Part shown: positions 28,206-29,480 of the stretch, one piece after another
Numbering within the stretch: position 1 is the first letter of the stretch
Layout: each line of letters starts with the position of its first letter
Assembly (NCBI GenBank): GCA_031367385.1
Contig: JANLPS010000459.1
Span: forward strand, 1-29,480
Source: Archangium sp.
GTDB lineage: Bacteria > Myxococcota > Myxococcia > Myxococcales > Myxococcaceae
DNA length: 29,480 nt
Reading direction: 5' to 3'
Translations under genes and position numbers: made by a program
The notes under the pieces: generated by a model
Databases searched by the model: none
What the model was told of the DNA's origin: nothing
Seen by the model: only the letters and a program-made list of their open reading frames with translations

Positions 28206-28532
28206 TCATTTCCTCCGCCTGACGCGCTTTTCTCGGCTCTCTCGAACCAGCATTTCGAGGGTCTCGAGCTTCTTGCTGAGCACGGGCATCAGTATCGGGG
28301 TGCGGTCGACCTTGTCGAAGAGGGTCAGAATCTCTTCGACATGGGCCTCGATCTCTGCGGCACGCTCGGTTGAGATGCGCCGTAAGAGCAGGTCGGCGCC
28401 GGCGCCAATCAACACCCGGGCTACGGCGTCGCGAGAGGCCAGGGTCTCCTCTTTTCGCTGACCTTCTCCATCGATGAGGCGCAGCTTCGGGGCCAGGGGC
28501 AACTGCAGTTGTCGCTCGTCGCGTTTGCTCAT
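28206..28532 (-). CDS. Small helical hypothetical protein (108 aa)
   Basis: The ATG at 28532 gives MSKRDERQLQLPLAPKLRLIDGEG..., with amphipathic helices and a basic C-terminus. The upstream ORF-track extension looks non-coding and overlaps cheB. Confidence 0.8.
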   Translation of the reverse strand: MSKRDERQLQLPLAPKLRLIDGEGQRKEETLASRDAVARVLIGAGADLLLRRISTERAAEIEAHVEEILTLFDKVDRTPILMPVLSKKLETLEMLVRESREKRVRRRK

Positions 28533-28672
28533 TGAGGCGCTAGCGTACGAACGCCCAGCCCCGCGTGAAGTTTCTCGCCAGAGCGGTGCATCGCACCTGT
28601 AGCGACATCGGGTTCCGGGGCCTGAACTCCGTCGGCGTGCAGACCTCGAGTTCGTGCGAGAGTGACGGTCAG

Positions 28673-29480
28673 ATGGCTGGCGGCTCCCGAATTTTGATTG
28701 TCGATGACAGTGCGCTGAGCCGCGAGGCGCTGCGGCGCGCGCTCGAGCTCGCAGGGCAATTGACCGTCGTGGGAGAAGCCAAGACCGGTGAAGAAGCACT
28801 GGTGCTCGCCGCGCAGCTGCGGCCCGACCTGATCACGATGGACTTGAACATGCCCGGCATGGGCGGGCTCAAGGCGATTGAAGCCATCATGCGTGAGCGG
28901 CCCACGCCGGTGGTGGTGATCTCCGAGCGCTCGTCGACTTCTGGCGTCGACCTCAACTACGAGGCGATCTCGCGCGGAGCGCTCGAATTGGTGCCCAAGT
29001 CGGCGGTGTTTGGCGCTGGGCCGAACGACGCGAAGCGTTTCGCGGAGCACCTGCGCCGGTTGGCTGAAGCAGGCAGAGACCGCGAGCGCGCCTCGCCCGT
29101 ACCCGTGCACCAGGCGCCTCCCACCAAGCCTGAGACGACCGAGCCACCGGTGCTGCTGGGCATCGGCGCCTCGACGGGAGGCCCCCGCGCGGTCGCCAAG
29201 CTGCTGTCTGACCTGCCGAAAGATTTTTCGCTGCCGATCGCGCTGGTGCAGCACATGGCGGAAGACTTCTTCGACAGCTTCGTGCGCTTCTTGGGAGACG
29301 CGTCGGGCCGGGTGGTGCTGCAGGCAACGCAGGGGCTCCAGCTGCGGCCTGGGCAGGTGGTGGTGGCGCCTCCGCGCAGTGAGCTGTTCGTCACCGAGTC
29401 GCTCGAAGCCAAGCTGCTGCCTTCGCCGCGTGACGCGCTGATTTCACCGTCGGTCGACAGCTTGTTTTTCTCGATGGCGA
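28673..29480 (+). CDS. cheB: Chemotaxis response regulator protein-glutamate methylesterase (3' end truncated by window)
   Basis: Hand translation from ATG 28673, open to the window end: MAGGSRILIVDDS...PDLITMDLNMPGMGG...PTPVVVIS...GIGASTGGP...LVQHM...PSVDSLFFSMA. Not in the ORF track because no stop lies in the window. Confidence 0.95.
   Translation, partial: MAGGSRILIVDDSALSREALRRALELAGQLTVVGEAKTGEEALVLAAQLRPDLITMDLNMPGMGGLKAIEAIMRERPTPVVVISERSSTSGVDLNYEAISRGALELVPKSAVFGAGPNDAKRFAEHLRRLAEAGRDRERASPVPVHQAPPTKPETTEPPVLLGIGASTGGPRAVAKLLSDLPKDFSLPIALVQHMAEDFFDSFVRFLGDASGRVVLQATQGLQLRPGQVVVAPPRSELFVTESLEAKLLPSPRDALISPSVDSLFFSMA

Overview
High-GC chromosomal window, most likely from a myxobacterium (Myxococcota, Myxococcaceae-like). 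This is inferred from a TIGR02266-type PilZ protein, a PEGA-domain Ser/Thr kinase and DAG-repeat lipoproteins. It is densely coding, with about 22 genes: comEC, a C-terminally anchored exported protein, an EEP nuclease-like lipoprotein, dnaE, a solitary HMG-CoA synthase, a TldD/TldE pair with a Tat-like signal on TldD, and a five-gene minus-strand run (transpeptidase-only PBP, cryptic SxxK lipoprotein, two coupled SPFH proteins, small Zn-ribbon protein). It continues with an ABC-2 pair, a five-PAS hybrid kinase, a coiled-coil PilZ protein, TusA, a triple-domain DsbA, a Ser/Thr kinase, a small hypothetical protein and the 5' part of cheB, which is absent from the ORF track. I saw no mobile element, CRISPR array, rRNA or tRNA. 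The best leads are the PBP/SxxK/SPFH envelope cluster, the apparently exported TldDE, two perfect palindromes upstream of the HMG-CoA synthase, and a small protein with an Hda-like QLxLPL clamp motif. All functional links are hypotheses from manual reading; no searches were run.
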